DNA from: Squalus acanthias
Lineage: Eukaryota
Reading direction: 5' to 3'
Assembly: GCA_030390025.1 (NCBI GenBank)
Contig: CM059431.1
Coordinates: 138,014,001 to 138,078,000 of the forward strand
Length of the DNA stretch: 64,000 nucleotides
The notes beneath the pieces were generated by a model. It was not told the origin of the DNA and ran no database searches. It saw nothing but the letters and a program-made list of their open reading frames with translations. Positions within the stretch are counted from its first letter, which is position 1. Every line of letters starts with the position of its first letter. Positions 12,830-25,700 of this stretch are shown piece after piece. The translations under genes were made by a program, and so were the position numbers.

Positions 12830-14305
12830 TGAGGCATAGCCATTAATGTTAGAGTAGGGCCACCCACAGTGAAGTTAAAGTAGGGTCACCACCAGTAATG
12901 TATGAGTAGGGTCATCCCTAGTCATGTTAGTGTACAGGCACCACCAGTAATGTTAGAGTAGGGTCAGCAACAGTACAGATAGAGTAAAGTCACCACGAGT
13001 AATGGTAGAGTAGGGTCACCACCAGTGATGTTAGTGTAGGTTCACCAACAGTAATGTTAGATTAGGGTCACCACCAATAATGTTAGAGTAGGGTCACCAC
13101 CAGTAATGTTAGAGTAGGGTCACCACCAGTAATGTTAGAGTACTGTCACCACCAATAATGTTAGAGTAGGGTCACCACCAGTAATGTTAGAGTAGGGTCA
13201 CCACCAGTAATGTTAGAGTAGTGTCACCACCAATAATGTTCGAGTAGGGTCACCAACAGTAATGTTAGAGTAGGGTCACCACCAGTAATGTTAGAGTAGT
13301 GTCACCACCAATAATGTTCGAGTAGGGTCCACACCACTAATGGTAGAGCAGGGTCACCACCAGTAATTTTAGAGTAGAGTGACCACCACTAATGCTAGTG
13401 TAGAATCACCCCCAGTAAAGTTAGAGTGAAGCCACCACCAATAATGTTAGAGTAGGGTCACCACCAGTAATGTTAGAGTAGGGTCACCACCAGTAATGTT
13501 AGAGTACTGTCACCACCAATAATGTTAGAGTAGGGTCACCACCAGTAATGTTAGAGTAGGGTCACCACCAGTAATGTTAGAGTAGTGTCACCACCAATAA
13601 TGTTCGAGTAGGGTCACCAACAGTAATGTTAGAGTAGGGTCACCACCAGTAATGTTAGAGTAGTGTCACCACCAATAATGTTCGAGTAGGGTCCACACCA
13701 CTAATGGTAGAGCAGGGTCACCACCAGTAATTTTAGAGTAGAGTGACCACCACTAATGCTAGTGTAGAATCACCCCCAGTAAAGTTAGAGTGAAGCCACC
13801 ACCAGTAATGTTAGATTAGGGTCACCACCAATAATGTTAGAGTAGGGTCACCACCAGTAATGTTAGAGTAGTGTCACCACCAATAATGTTAGAGTAGGGT
13901 CACCACCAGTAATGTTAGAGTAGGGTCACCACCAGTAATGTTAGAGTAGTGTCACCACCAATAATGTTCGAGTAGATTCACCACCAGTAATGTTAGAGTA
14001 GGGTCACCACCAGTAATGTTAGAGTAGAGTGACCACCAGTAATGCTAGTGTAGAATCACCCCCAGTAAAGTTAGAGTGAAGCCACCACCAGTAATGTTAG
14101 ATTAGGGTCAGCACCAGTAATGTTAGAGTAGAGTCACCTCCAGTAATGTTAGAGTAGAGTCACCACCAGTAATGCTAGAGTAGAGTCAGCACCAGTAATG
14201 TTAGAGTAGGGTCACCACCAGTAATGTTAGAGTAGGGTCACCTTCATTAATGTTAGAGTAGAGTCACCACCAGTAATGTTAGAGTAGAGTCACCACCAGT
14301 AAAGT
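12830..14305. repeat. 26-bp minisatellite (gtaatgttagagtagggtcaccacca)n, about 55 copies, with degenerate units back to about 12640
   Basis: Direct reading; a variant block recurs at 13321 and 13685 (364 bp = 14 units). Confidence 0.97.
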
Positions 14306-14369
14306 AAGAGCCGATTCAACATCATTCATCACCAAAGTACAAAACAAATTTTAATTGTGCAATGGATGA

Positions 14370-14585
14370 GTGACGATTTCACCAAATTGAGATGAGGCTC
14401 CAAGAAATCACCGCAGTGTCCGGGGGGACGTTTGCTTTATCCTTCAGGGTTTACTGGACATGCGCAGAGTCCATTTCCTCTGCAATTACTTTCCGTTCAT
14501 TGATTTTAATGGACGGAGTTTCATGGACTGTACTGTTCAATTTCCCCAGTGGAGGCCCGGGCGCACTGAGGTTGAAAATCGCCCC
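14370..14585. mobile_element. Degenerate MITE-like element immediately upstream of the GPCR promoter
   Basis: Imperfect termini gtgacgatttcacc / ggttgaaaatcgcccc and internal hairpin tccgttcattgattttaatggacgga, similar to the MITE centre motif. Confidence 0.45.
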
Positions 14586-14612
14586 TTGTTTGTTAAGTGA
14601 CTGGAACTAATG

Positions 14613-14665
14613 CCAATTATTGTGCAAACTGATTATCTCAGCGGGGCACCGATTGTTCTATAAAG
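14613..14665 (+). promoter_or_regulatory. Core promoter of the GPCR gene (CCAAT, C/EBP-like, GATA, TATA)
   Basis: CCAAT 14613, TTGTGCAA about 14620, TTATCT 14633, TATAAAG 14659-14665, 84 bp upstream of the ATG. Confidence 0.55.
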
Positions 14666-14742
14666 AGGAGCATTTACGAATCTCAGAAACACTCCAGTCG
14701 GAATTGTAAAGCTGCGCTGAATTCGCACAAATCTTCAAAACA

Positions 14743-14812
14743 ATGGTACGGCCAATAATTCTGCAGTTACGGGACATTTACTACCATATCCTCGCAGCAT
14801 TTGGCATTCCCG
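14743..14812 (+). CDS. GPR139/GPR142-like rhodopsin-class GPCR, coding exon 1 (MVRPIILQLRDIYYHILAAFGIP)
   Basis: ATG in acaATGg context; YYxxLxxxGxP TM1 motif as in GPR139; strong donor CG|gtaagt, phase 1, joining exon 2 in frame. Confidence 0.88.
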
Positions 14813-15561
14813 GTAAGTCAATGTAGCCTGTTGCCTAATGCCTGTTGACTATCACAGTGTTAATGTAACAGATTCCCAGAATGTCCACATTGCAGAGTCA
14901 TTTATTCACCGGGATCAGTCGGTGAAAATCAACGGCAATCCTAGTCGGTCGCGCGACCGCTGAGGCGCTGTTCTGGTCGCTAGATCGCGGGCCCGGGCGC
15001 TCAATGTTCCTCCCTATACTGAGGGAGGGCGAGGTTGATTCCCCGTCATCTCCAACAACACATAGCTCATTAAGAATGTGTTGCTCAGTGCCCATTGTAA
15101 TCACATAATTTGTGCCGTTGTTCCCTGTCTACATTAAGTTGATAATAATTCGGACTGCAGAAACTTCCACCCAACAGGGGATTTTGAAAGGTATTTTAGG
15201 AAATAATTTCCGCTCAGGAAGGTGCTCCCCTCCTCTCGGCAGCCTTTGAGTATAATGTGAACGTTTTCTTTAATCGCATTTGAATGTTTTATTTGAATTA
15301 TATCTTTCCATTAATTGCTGTGCAATTATATTTAATACTTGACTGAAGTTTGCTGGACGGACGGTGGATTTTCAGTCCCTCGATATTGAACGTTCAGTGA
15401 TGTCATTATTTTAAGTAAAGTGTCTTCGCCATCGCCTATATTAATGAAAAAATCTGTGCGCATAACACTAAATAGGGACACATCCGAACATTTCCCCACA
15501 ATAATCTGTGAGATTTATCTGAATGACCCCGTTACTGACCTCTTGTCCCTCTTTCTCACAG

Positions 15562-16454
15562 CGAACCTACTGACAATCGTGATTCTCTCCAAAGGAAACT
15601 GCGGCCTTTCCAAATGTATCTCTGTCTACATAGTGGCCATGGCAACAGCAGATCTACTGGTCATGATCATCAATATGTTAGTGAACCGCATTTTACGTTA
15701 TCACTTTCCACATTCCTTCTTGTCGTTAACTGCCGTTTGCAAGATCATTATATACCTGCAATGTGTCACCTTGTATTTGTCGGCGTGGTTCACAGTCTCG
15801 TTCACATTTGACCGATTTGTAGCGATATGTTGTGAGAAGTTTAAAACCAAGTATTGCAGAGTGAGAACTGCGGCCGCGGTTATAACAGCGGTCTCTGTCC
15901 TGATCTGTTTACAGAGCCTCGTGTTTTGGTTTGCATTTGCACCTGAGCGAATAGTTAACATTGTTCACTGGGGTTGCCGACCCAGAGCGGAGTTTTCTTC
16001 ATCGCCTGTAGGAGTGGCGTTTTCCTGGTTACGTCGCATTTGCTTTTCTTGGCTTAGTTTTGCTTTGATATTACTGTTTAATTGTTTGACAGTCAGACGT
16101 ATTTTAGTGGCCAGTAGAGCCCGCAGGGGACTCCGGGGTCACAGCAGTGAGAATCAGAGCGATCCACAGATGAAAAACCGAAGGAAATCCATCATTTTAC
16201 TGTTCACTCTATCGGCCAGTTTCATATTGTTGTGGCTGACAACTAGCATTACTAATTTAATTACCAGACTGACAAACACCTCGCATTACCGAGGCGATTA
16301 TGCCGCCCCTGCCTATATTGCCACAGAAACCGGATATATGCTCATGTATTTGAGTTCCTGTACAAACACGTGTATTTATGCAGCTACTCAAACTAAATTC
16401 AGGGAAGAGCTGAAGCAGGCGATGAAAACACCTTGGACATTTATTTGCAAATAA
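15562..16454 (+). CDS. GPR139/GPR142-like rhodopsin-class GPCR, coding exon 2 (TM1-TM7); spliced product 320 aa
   Basis: Branch point actgac, polypyrimidine tract and cacag| acceptor; ANLLTIVILS, AMATADLL (TM2), TFDRFVAIC (TM3), FILLWL (TM6), SSCTNTCIY (TM7), TKFREEL (helix 8); no stops. The ORF-track N-terminus 15420-15561 is intron. Confidence 0.93.
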
Positions 16455-16520
16455 ATGAAAACATAAAACAAAGATTCCGGTCCAAACTAGAGTTCAAATA
16501 CTATGCTTTGCTGTTGTGAA

Positions 16521-16526
16521 AATAAA
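16521..16526 (+). terminator. Candidate polyadenylation signal of the GPCR
   Basis: AATAAA 67 nt after the stop, followed by GT-rich sequence; another AATAAA overlaps the stop codon. Confidence 0.45.
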
Positions 16527-18151
16527 AAGTATCAGAAAACATTTCTCCCAATTTGTGCCGTGTGTCTGATGTCTGCTGTTTTCCCCGGTGAACATAATCA
16601 ATTTCTACTAAAACAGCGCATTTCCCGCTCAAGATTCAAAGAGAACAGTCATGACTGAGCTTCAGCAGTGGAGTGGAACATGTGCGCCCCAGCGTTAACT
16701 GCCTCATACCGCAGGCACTGGAATGAGACGCTCCAGTTTAATTAATAATTAAAGTTTCCTTTAGTGTAGAAACAATGTGTTACAATGGTGGTTATCTATA
16801 ATTCTGTGATCTCGGTGTGAATGTTGCAGGCGCTGCCCTCCCCATCAGACTCCGCCCCCCATTGTCTCCTGGACCAATAGAACGGGGCCCTGTCTCCTGA
16901 TCAGTGTCTAATGATGGAGACTTTAGGACCTTGACTCGTCAATTTGACATTAGACATCTTTGTTCACACATATTTACTGAAAATCTCAACTGGTCATCAC
17001 AATGTTGTAGAATTGAAAACAGGGGACAGATAATTTTACCCAATCAGTCCGTGTCCGCGTTTACACTGCACCCGAGAAAATAGTTCCATTCACTTTACCC
17101 GCCTTATCTCATCATCCCATCAACCTATTTTTATTCATTGTTATATCCAATCCACAGCCTCACAACTCTCCATGTAAAGAGGGTTATCCTGCACTCAGTT
17201 CTAAATCTCTTCCATTTATCCTTTTAGTTGTGGCAGTAAGTTATTGATCCTCAACTAATGGAAACTATCTCATTCTACCTATACTATAACGTCCCTTCTT
17301 AACGTAAGTCACCTTAGCATGACTCGCCAAAAGATATAAGTCTGGAATCAATGCAAATCTCCTGAAAGTCAATACATTTTAGTAAAGATGTTTAATTGAT
17401 AGCTTTCCGTTGGAGATGGTTGTGTTCTTGCTTAAACTGAATAATGAGAAGAATGTAGTTGTTATCTTAAAATTTAACACCTGAAGAAACCGCCCCCCCC
17501 CCCCCCCCGGATTGACAGAAAGGGCAGAAATGGTTTGTGTCGGATGTATTGCGCTGCATGATCTTGGATTATCGCTGTGTGTGCAGAAGTGACGTGTTGT
17601 GCAAGAAGCAACCAGCCTGCGATATTCATGATGAAGATTCCATGGCGAACAGGTCCAAGACACGGTCAATCATGCTGAAAACAACCCTACTTGAAAAGGT
17701 TAATGTGGCTCTGGAGAGTTTAATGTGTAAAACCCATCGGTAGAGATCTGCACAAAAGAATAGACCGCGATAGATATACGTTGCTGATGAGATATAGTTT
17801 AATGCTGACCTTAAATATTCTAATGCTACGACAGAGGGCACTGTACGGGAAGGGAGAATCAGACGGTCCTGAAAAGTCTGATAATATTATACTGTATTGG
17901 TTTATCTTAATATTGTAGTAATGTTAACCTTTAGCCTTTGCCTGTTAAGCAGTCAATTTAAAGTAGCACTGAGCTGATGAGCGAGGGCTCACCCTGCAGC
18001 AATGGTCAGATTCAGGATGCAGTAAGAAGAAATGTAATTAAAGACATGTCATTGTAAACTGATTCATACATTTCAGAGAACTTTAATCATTTGATAACAG
18101 TGTTGGAAATCTGTTAATTATTTAAATATAAACATCTGGACTGTCATCATC

Positions 18152-18487
18152 ATTTCTTTATTCGTTCATGGGATGTGGGCGGCGCTGGCAGGGCCAGCAT
18201 TTATTGCCCGTCCCTAATTGCCCTTGAGAAGGTGCTGGTGATCCACCCTCTTGAACCGCTGCAGTCCCTGTGGTGAAGGTATTCCTACAGTGCTGTTAGG
18301 GAGGGAGATCCAGGATTTTGACCCAACGGTGATGAAAAAAACGGCGATAAACTTCCAAGTCAGGATAGTGTGAGACTTGGAGGGGAACTTGAGTGGTGTT
18401 GTTCCCCTGGGCCTACTGCCCTTGTCCTTCTAGGTGGAAAAGTTTGCGGGTTTGGGAGGTGCTGCCTAAGGAACCTGGGCGAGTTAA
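18152..18487 (-). mobile_element. LINE family B 3' end
   Basis: tttattcgttcatgggatgtgggc..gctggcagggccagcatttattgccc is the reverse complement of the family B terminus. Confidence 0.85.
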
Positions 18488-19459
18488 TTGGTACAAATGG
18501 TGCAGAAATAAAGACAGAGTTATAATTAAAGTATTCAGTTGGTCGAATTGCAATTAAAGGAACAAGAGTGAAATTATTGGTAATATAATGAACTGAGGTA
18601 AATTGCGTGTCAGCCCAAAGGAAAACGTGCTCTTTAAGTAAATGAAACTATCATTTATGATAAAAAGATGAGTCCGTTAAATGTTCCTTATATGGAGTTG
18701 TATTTTCACTTCTATATGATTAGATAATGCAAAATTGTGAGGATTGATATGAAAAGGCAGTGGAAATGTGTCCGTTTGGAATGAGCATTCGCAATGGTCA
18801 GAGATACTGAGTTCAGAACTACAACACGTTTGAATCCCCAACCAACAATCAGCAGCTGTGATTGTAGTTAGTACCTTTAATTGTATATTTAAGTACTATT
18901 GCATATACTGTGTGCTAAAAATACCTATGCTACCTCACTTCATTGTTCAAGAACCTGATTGAAAACCTTTCGCTAACAATAGCTTCAGTACTTTGTGAAT
19001 GAGCTTCATTTATTAATTGTGATCAAGTGCCCCCTTTACCCGTCGCTCTTCAAAGTTCCACTTGATCCTGAGTTTGTGTAAAAGCCAAAGTCCACTTGGT
19101 TTCAAGTCTCTGTGGAGACCAGGCTTTGCCAATCCGGCTGCCATCCAGCTTCTGGGGCAGTGATTATGAGTTTCGAGTAATTCTGTGTAACAGGCACATT
19201 CTCATTTAACTGGAGTCAGACGACCAACAGTACTTAAGGCACCAGTCAGGCTTCATGCAGAGGTTTTCACTCCATCAGACTCAGATGCGATGTATCTGCA
19301 CCCAGCTACAATCGTGAGAAGTCGATATGTAATCATCCACATCATCCAAAATCAAAAAGTAAAATAGAAAGCAAAGTTAACCATTACATTAGAGTGTCAA
19401 ATTCCACCCCATATGGTTGTGATTCTCGCCCAAGTTTCGAATTAAACAGCCACTACTTA

Positions 19460-19618
19460 AAAATCTCTCTTCCCTATACTTTTCCAATTCTGACGAAGGG
19501 TTCAATCCGAAACGTTGACTCTGTTTCTCTCTCCTCGATGCGGCCTGACCTGCTGAGTGTTTCCAGCATTTTCTGCTGTTATTTCAGATTTCCAGCATCC
19601 GCTCTATTTTGCTATTCT
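19460..19618 (+). mobile_element. Penelope-like element terminal remnant with hammerhead-like core
   Basis: ctgacgaagggttcaatccgaaacgttgactctgtttctctctcc...gctgagtgtttccagcattttctg; homologous to 47290-47425. Confidence 0.75.
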
Positions 19619-19799
19619 TATTGAACAGTTGTTGTGTTCTCCTGGCATTCCTGTGCCCTCTATTTGTTATTAAACGGTTAATATCTTTCCATGACCCTAC
19701 TTCTAAATAAATGGTTTATGTTCCCCCTGCTCCCAATTTATAATTAAACAGTAACAACATTCCCCATAATTCTCCTGTCCTCTCTTTCGAATTAAAATG

Positions 19800-22700
19800 T
19801 TAACATGTTCCCCTTACTTGCCCTGTCCTCTATTTCTAATTAAACAGTTACTGCGTTCCCCTAAATTACCGTGTCCTCTATCTTTAATTACACAGTTACT
19901 GAGTACCCCTAAATTACCCTGTCCACTATTTCTAATTAAACAGTTACTGTGTTCCCCTAAATTACCCTGTCCACTATTTCTAATTAAACAGTTACTGTGT
20001 TCCCCTAAATGACCCTGAACTCTATCACTAATTACACAGTTACTGTGTTCCCCTAAATTACCCTGTCCTCTATCTCTAATTACACAGTTACTGTGTTCCC
20101 CTAAATTAGCCTGTCCTCTATCTCTAATTACACAGTTACTGTGTTCCCCCAAATTACCCGGTCCACTATTTCTAATTAAACAGTTACTGTGTTCAGCTAA
20201 ATTAACCTGTCCTTTATCTCTAATTACAGTTACTGTGTTCACCTAAATGACCCGGTAATCTATCTCTAATTACACAGTTACTGTGTTCACCTAAACTAAC
20301 CTGTCCTCTATCTCTAATTACACAGTTACTGTGTTCCCCTAAATTACCTTGTCCTCTATCTCTAATTAAACAGTTATTGTGTTCCCCTAATTTACCCTGT
20401 CCATTATCTCTAATTAAACTGTTACTGTGTTCCCCTAAATTACCCTGTCCTCTATCTCTAATTACACAGTTACTGTGTTCCCCTAATTTACCCTGTCCAT
20501 TATCTCTTATTAATCTGTTACTGTGTTCCCCTACATTACCCTGCCCTCTATCTCTAATTACACAGTTATTGTGTTCCCCTAAATTACCCTGTCCTCTATC
20601 ACGAATTACACAGTTACTGTGTTCCCCTAAATTACCCTGTCCTCTATCTCTAATTACACAGTTACTGTGTTCCCCTAATTTACCCTGTCCATTATCTCTA
20701 ATTAAACTGTTACTGTGTTCCCCGACTTTACCCTGCCCTCTATCTCTAATTACAGAGTTACTGTGTTCATCTAAATTACCCTGTCCTCTATCTCTAATTA
20801 CACAGTTACTGTGTTCCCCCAACTTACCCTGTCCTCTATCTCTAATTACAGAGTTAGTGTGTCCCCCTAAATTATCCTGTCCTCTATCACTAATTACAAA
20901 ATTACTGTGTACCCCTAAATTACCCTGTCCTCTATCTCTATTTACACAGTTACTGTGTTCCCCTAAATTACCCTGTCCTCTATCTCGAATTAAACTGTTA
21001 CTGTGCTCCCCTAAATTACCCTGTCCTCTATCTCTAATTACACAGTTACTGTGTTCCCCTAAATTACCTTGTCCTCTATCTCTAATTAAACAGTTATTGT
21101 GTTCCCCTAATTTACCCTGTCCACTATTTCTAATTAAACAGTTACTGTGTTTCCCTAATTTACCCTGTCCATTATCTCTAATGAAACTGTTACTGTGTTC
21201 CCCTTAATTACCCTGTCCTCTATCTCTAATTACACAGTTACTGTGTTGCCCTAAATTACCCTGTCCTCCATCTCTAATTACACAGTTACTGTGTTTACCT
21301 AAATTGCCCTGCCCTCTACCTCTAATTAAACTGTTACTGTGTTCCCCTGAATTACACTGCCCTCTATCTCCAATTACACAGTTAATGTGTTCCACTAAAT
21401 TACCCTGTCCTCTATACCTAATTGCACAGTTACTGTGTTCCACTAAATTACCCTGTCCTCTAAACCTAATTACACAGTTACTGTGTTCCCCTAAATTACC
21501 CTGTCCTCTATCTCTAATTACACAGTTATTGTGTTCCCCTAAATTACCATGTCCTCTATCTCTAATTAAACTGTTACTGTGTTCCCCTAAATTACCTTGT
21601 CCTCTATCTCTAATTAAACAGTTATTGTGTTCCCCTAATTTACCATGTTCATTATCTCTAATTAATCTGTTACTGTGTTCCCCTAAATTACCCTGTCCAC
21701 TATTTCTAATTAAACAGTTACTGTGTTTCCCTAATTTACCCTGTCCATTATCTCTAATTAAACTGTTACTGTGTTCCCCTAAATTACCCTGTCCTCTATC
21801 TCTAATTACACAGTTACTGTGTTCCACTAAATTACCCTGTCCTCTATACCTGATTGCACAGTTACTGTGTTCCACTAAATTACCCTGTCCTCTATCTCTA
21901 ATTACACAGTTACTGTGTTCCCCCAAATTACCCTGTCCACTATTTCTAATTAAACAGTTACTTTGTTCAGCTAAATTAACCTGTCCTTTATCTCTAATTA
22001 CAGTTACTTTGTTCACCTAAATGACCCGGTACTCTATCTCTCATTACACAGTTACTGTGTTCACCTAAACTTACCTGTCCTCTATCTCTAATTACACAGT
22101 TACTGTGTTCCCCTACATTACCCTGCCCTCTATCTCTAATTACACAGTTGTTGTGTTCCCCTAAATTACCCTGTCCTCTATCTCTAATTACAGAGTTACT
22201 GTGTTCCCCTAAATTACCCTGTCCTCTATCTCTAATTACAGAGTTAGTGTGTTCCCCTAAATTATCCTGTCCTCTATCACTAATTACAAAATTACTGTGT
22301 ACCCCTAAATTATCCTGTCCTCTATCTCTATTTACACAGTTACTGTGTTCCCCTAAATTACCCTGTCCTCTATCTCTAATTAAACTGTTACTGTGTTCCC
22401 CTAAATTACCCTGTCCTCTATCTCTAATTAAACAGTTATTGTGTTCCCCTAATTTACCCTGTTCATTATCTCTAATTAATCTGTTACTGTGTTCCCCTAA
22501 ATTACCCTGTCCACTATTTCTAATTAAACAGTTACTGTGTTTCCCTAATTTACCCTGTCCATTATCTCTAATTAAACTGTTACTGTGTTCCCCTAAATTA
22601 CCCTGTCCTGCATCTCTAATTACACAGTTACCGTGTTTACCTAAATTGCCCTGCCCTCTACCTCTAATTAAACTGTTACTGTGTTCCCCCGAATTACACT

Positions 22701-25700
22701 GCCCTATATCTCTAATTACACAGTTAATGTGTTCCACTAAATTACCCTGTCCTCTATACCTAATTACACAGTTACTGTGTTCCCCTAAATTACCCTGTCC
22801 TCTATCTCTAATTACACAGTTACTGTGTTCCCCTAAATTGCCATGTCCTCTATCTCTAATTAAACTGTTACTGTGTTCCCCTAAATTACCATGTCCTCTA
22901 TCTCTAATTAAACAGTTATTGTGTTCCCCTAATTTACCATGTTCATTATCTCTAATTAATCTGTTACTGTGTTCCCCTAAATTACCCTGTCCACTATTTC
23001 TAATTAAACAGTTACTGTGTTTCACTAATTTACCCTGTCCATTATCTCTAATTACACAGTTATTGTGTTCCCCTAAATTACCCTGTCCTCTATCACTAAT
23101 TACACAGTTACTGTGTTCCCCTAAATTACCCTGTCCTCTATCTCTAATTACACATTTACTCTGTTCCCCTAATTTACCCTGTCCATTATCTCTAATTAAA
23201 CTGTTACTGTGTTCCCCTACATTACCCTGTCCTCTATCTCTAATTACACAGTTATTGTGTTCCCCTAAATTACCCTGACCTCTATCTCTAATTACAGAGT
23301 TACTGTGTTCATCTAAATTACCCTGTCCTCTATCTCTAATTACACAGTTACTGTGTTCCCCTAACTTACCCTGTCCTCTATCTCTAATTACAGAGTTAGT
23401 GAGTTCCCCTAAATTATCCTGTCCTCTATCACTAATTACAAAATTACTGTGTACCCCTAAATTATCCTGTCCTCTATCTCTATTTACACAGTTACTGTGT
23501 TCCCCTAAATTACCCTGTCCTCTATCTCTAATTAAACTGTTACTGTGTTCCCCTAAATTACCCTGTCCTCTATCTCTAATTACACAGTTACTGTGTTCCC
23601 CTAAATTACCTTGTCCTCTATCTCTAATTAAACAGTTATTGTGTTCCCCTAATTTACACTGTCCACTATTTCTAATTAAACAGTTACTGTGTTTCCCTAA
23701 TTCACCCTGTCCATTATCTCTAATTAAACTGTTACTGTGTTCCCCTAAATTACCCTGTCCTCTATCTTTAATTACGCAGTTACTGTGTTGCCCTAAATTA
23801 CCCTGCCCTCTATCTCTAATTACACAGTTATTGTGTTCCCCTAAATTACCCTGTCCTCTATCTCTAATTACAGAGTTACTGTGTTCATCTAAATTACCCT
23901 GTCCTCTATCTCTAATTACACAGTTACTGTGTTCCCCTAAATTACCCTGTCCTCTATCTCTAATTACAGAGTTAGTGTGTTCCCCTAAATTATCCTGTCC
24001 TCTATCACTAATTACAAAATTACTGTGTACCCCTAAATTATCCTGTCCTCTATCTCTATTTACACAGTTACTGTGTTCCCCTAAATTACCCTGTCCTCTA
24101 TCTCTAATTAAACTGTTACTGTGTTCCCCTAAATTACCCTGTCCTCTATCTCTAATTACACAGTTACGGTGTTCCCCTAAATTACCTTGTCCTCTATCTC
24201 TAATTAAACAGTTATTGTGTTCCACTAATTTACCCTGTTCATTATCTCTAATTAATCTGTTACTGTGTTCCCCTAAATTACCCTGTCCACTATTTCTAAT
24301 TAAACAGTTACTGTGTTTCCCTAATTTACCCTGTCCATTATCTCTAATTAAACTGTTACTGTGTTCCCCTAAATTACCCTGTCCTGCATCTCTAATTACA
24401 CAGTTACCGTGTTTACCTAAATTGCCCTGCCCTCTACCTCTAATTAAACTGTTACTGTGTTCCCCCGAATTACACTGCCCTCTATCTCTAATTACACAGT
24501 TAATGTGTTCCACTAAATTACCCTGTCCTCTATACCTAATTACACAGTTACTGTGTTCCCCTAAATTACCCTGTCCTCTATCTCTAATTACACAGTTACT
24601 GTGTTCCCCTAAATTACCATGTCCTCTATCTCTAATTAAACTGTTACTGTGTTCCCCCGAATTACACTGCCCTCTATCTCTAATTACACAGTTAATGTGT
24701 TCCACTAAATTACCCTGTCCTCTATACCTAATTACACAGTTACTGTGCTCCCCTAAATTACCCCGTCCTCTATCTCTAATTACACAGTTACTGTGTTCCC
24801 CTAAATTACCATGTCCTCTATCTCTAATTAAACTGTTACTGTGTTCCCCTAAATTACCTTGTCCTCTATCTCTAATTAAACAGTTATTGTGTTCCCCTAA
24901 TTTACCATGTTCATTATCTCTAATTAATCTGTTACTGTGTTCCCCTAAATTACCCTGTCCACTATTTCTAATTAAACAGTTACTGTGTTTCACTAATTTA
25001 CCCTGTCCATTATCTCTAATTACACAGTTATTGTGTTCCCCTAAATTACCCTGTCCTCTATCACTAATTACACAGTTACTGTGTTCCCCTAAATTACCCT
25101 GTCCTCTATCTCTAATTACACAGTTACTCTGTTCCCCTAATTTACCCTGTCCATTATCTCTAATTAAACTGTTACTGTGTTCCCCTACATTACCCTGCCC
25201 TCTATCTCTAATTACACAGTTATTGTGTTCCCCTAAATTACCCTGTCCTCTATCTCTAATTACAGAGTTACTGTGTTCATCTAAATTACCCTGTCCTCTA
25301 TCTCTAATTACACAGTTACTGTGTTCCCCTAACTTACCCTGTCCTCTATCTCTAATTACAGAGTTAGTGTGTTCCCCTAAATTATCCTGTCCTCTATCAC
25401 TAATTACAAAATTACTGTGTACCCCTAAATTATCCTGTCCTCTATCTCTATTTACACAGTTACTGCGTTCCCCTAAATTACCCTGTCCTCTATCTCTAAT
25501 TAAACTGTTACTGTGTTCCCCTAAATTACCCTGTCCTCTATCTCTAATTACACAGTTACTGTGTTCCCCTAAATTACCTTGTCCTCTATCTCTAATTAAA
25601 CAGTTATTGTGTTCCCCTAATTTACCCTGTTCATTATCTCTAATTAATCTGTTACTGTGTTCCCCTAAATTACCCTGTCCACTATTTCTAATTAAACAGT

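Noticed and set aside
14946..14959. Perfect 14-bp CpG palindrome cggtcgcgcgaccg in the GPCR intron
   Set aside because: Isolated and short, with no supporting structure or second copy
15420..15561. ORF-track N-terminal extension of the GPCR
   Set aside because: It is intronic: it ends in a branch point, polypyrimidine tract and AG, and the true exon 1 at 14743-14812 supplies the TM1 motif
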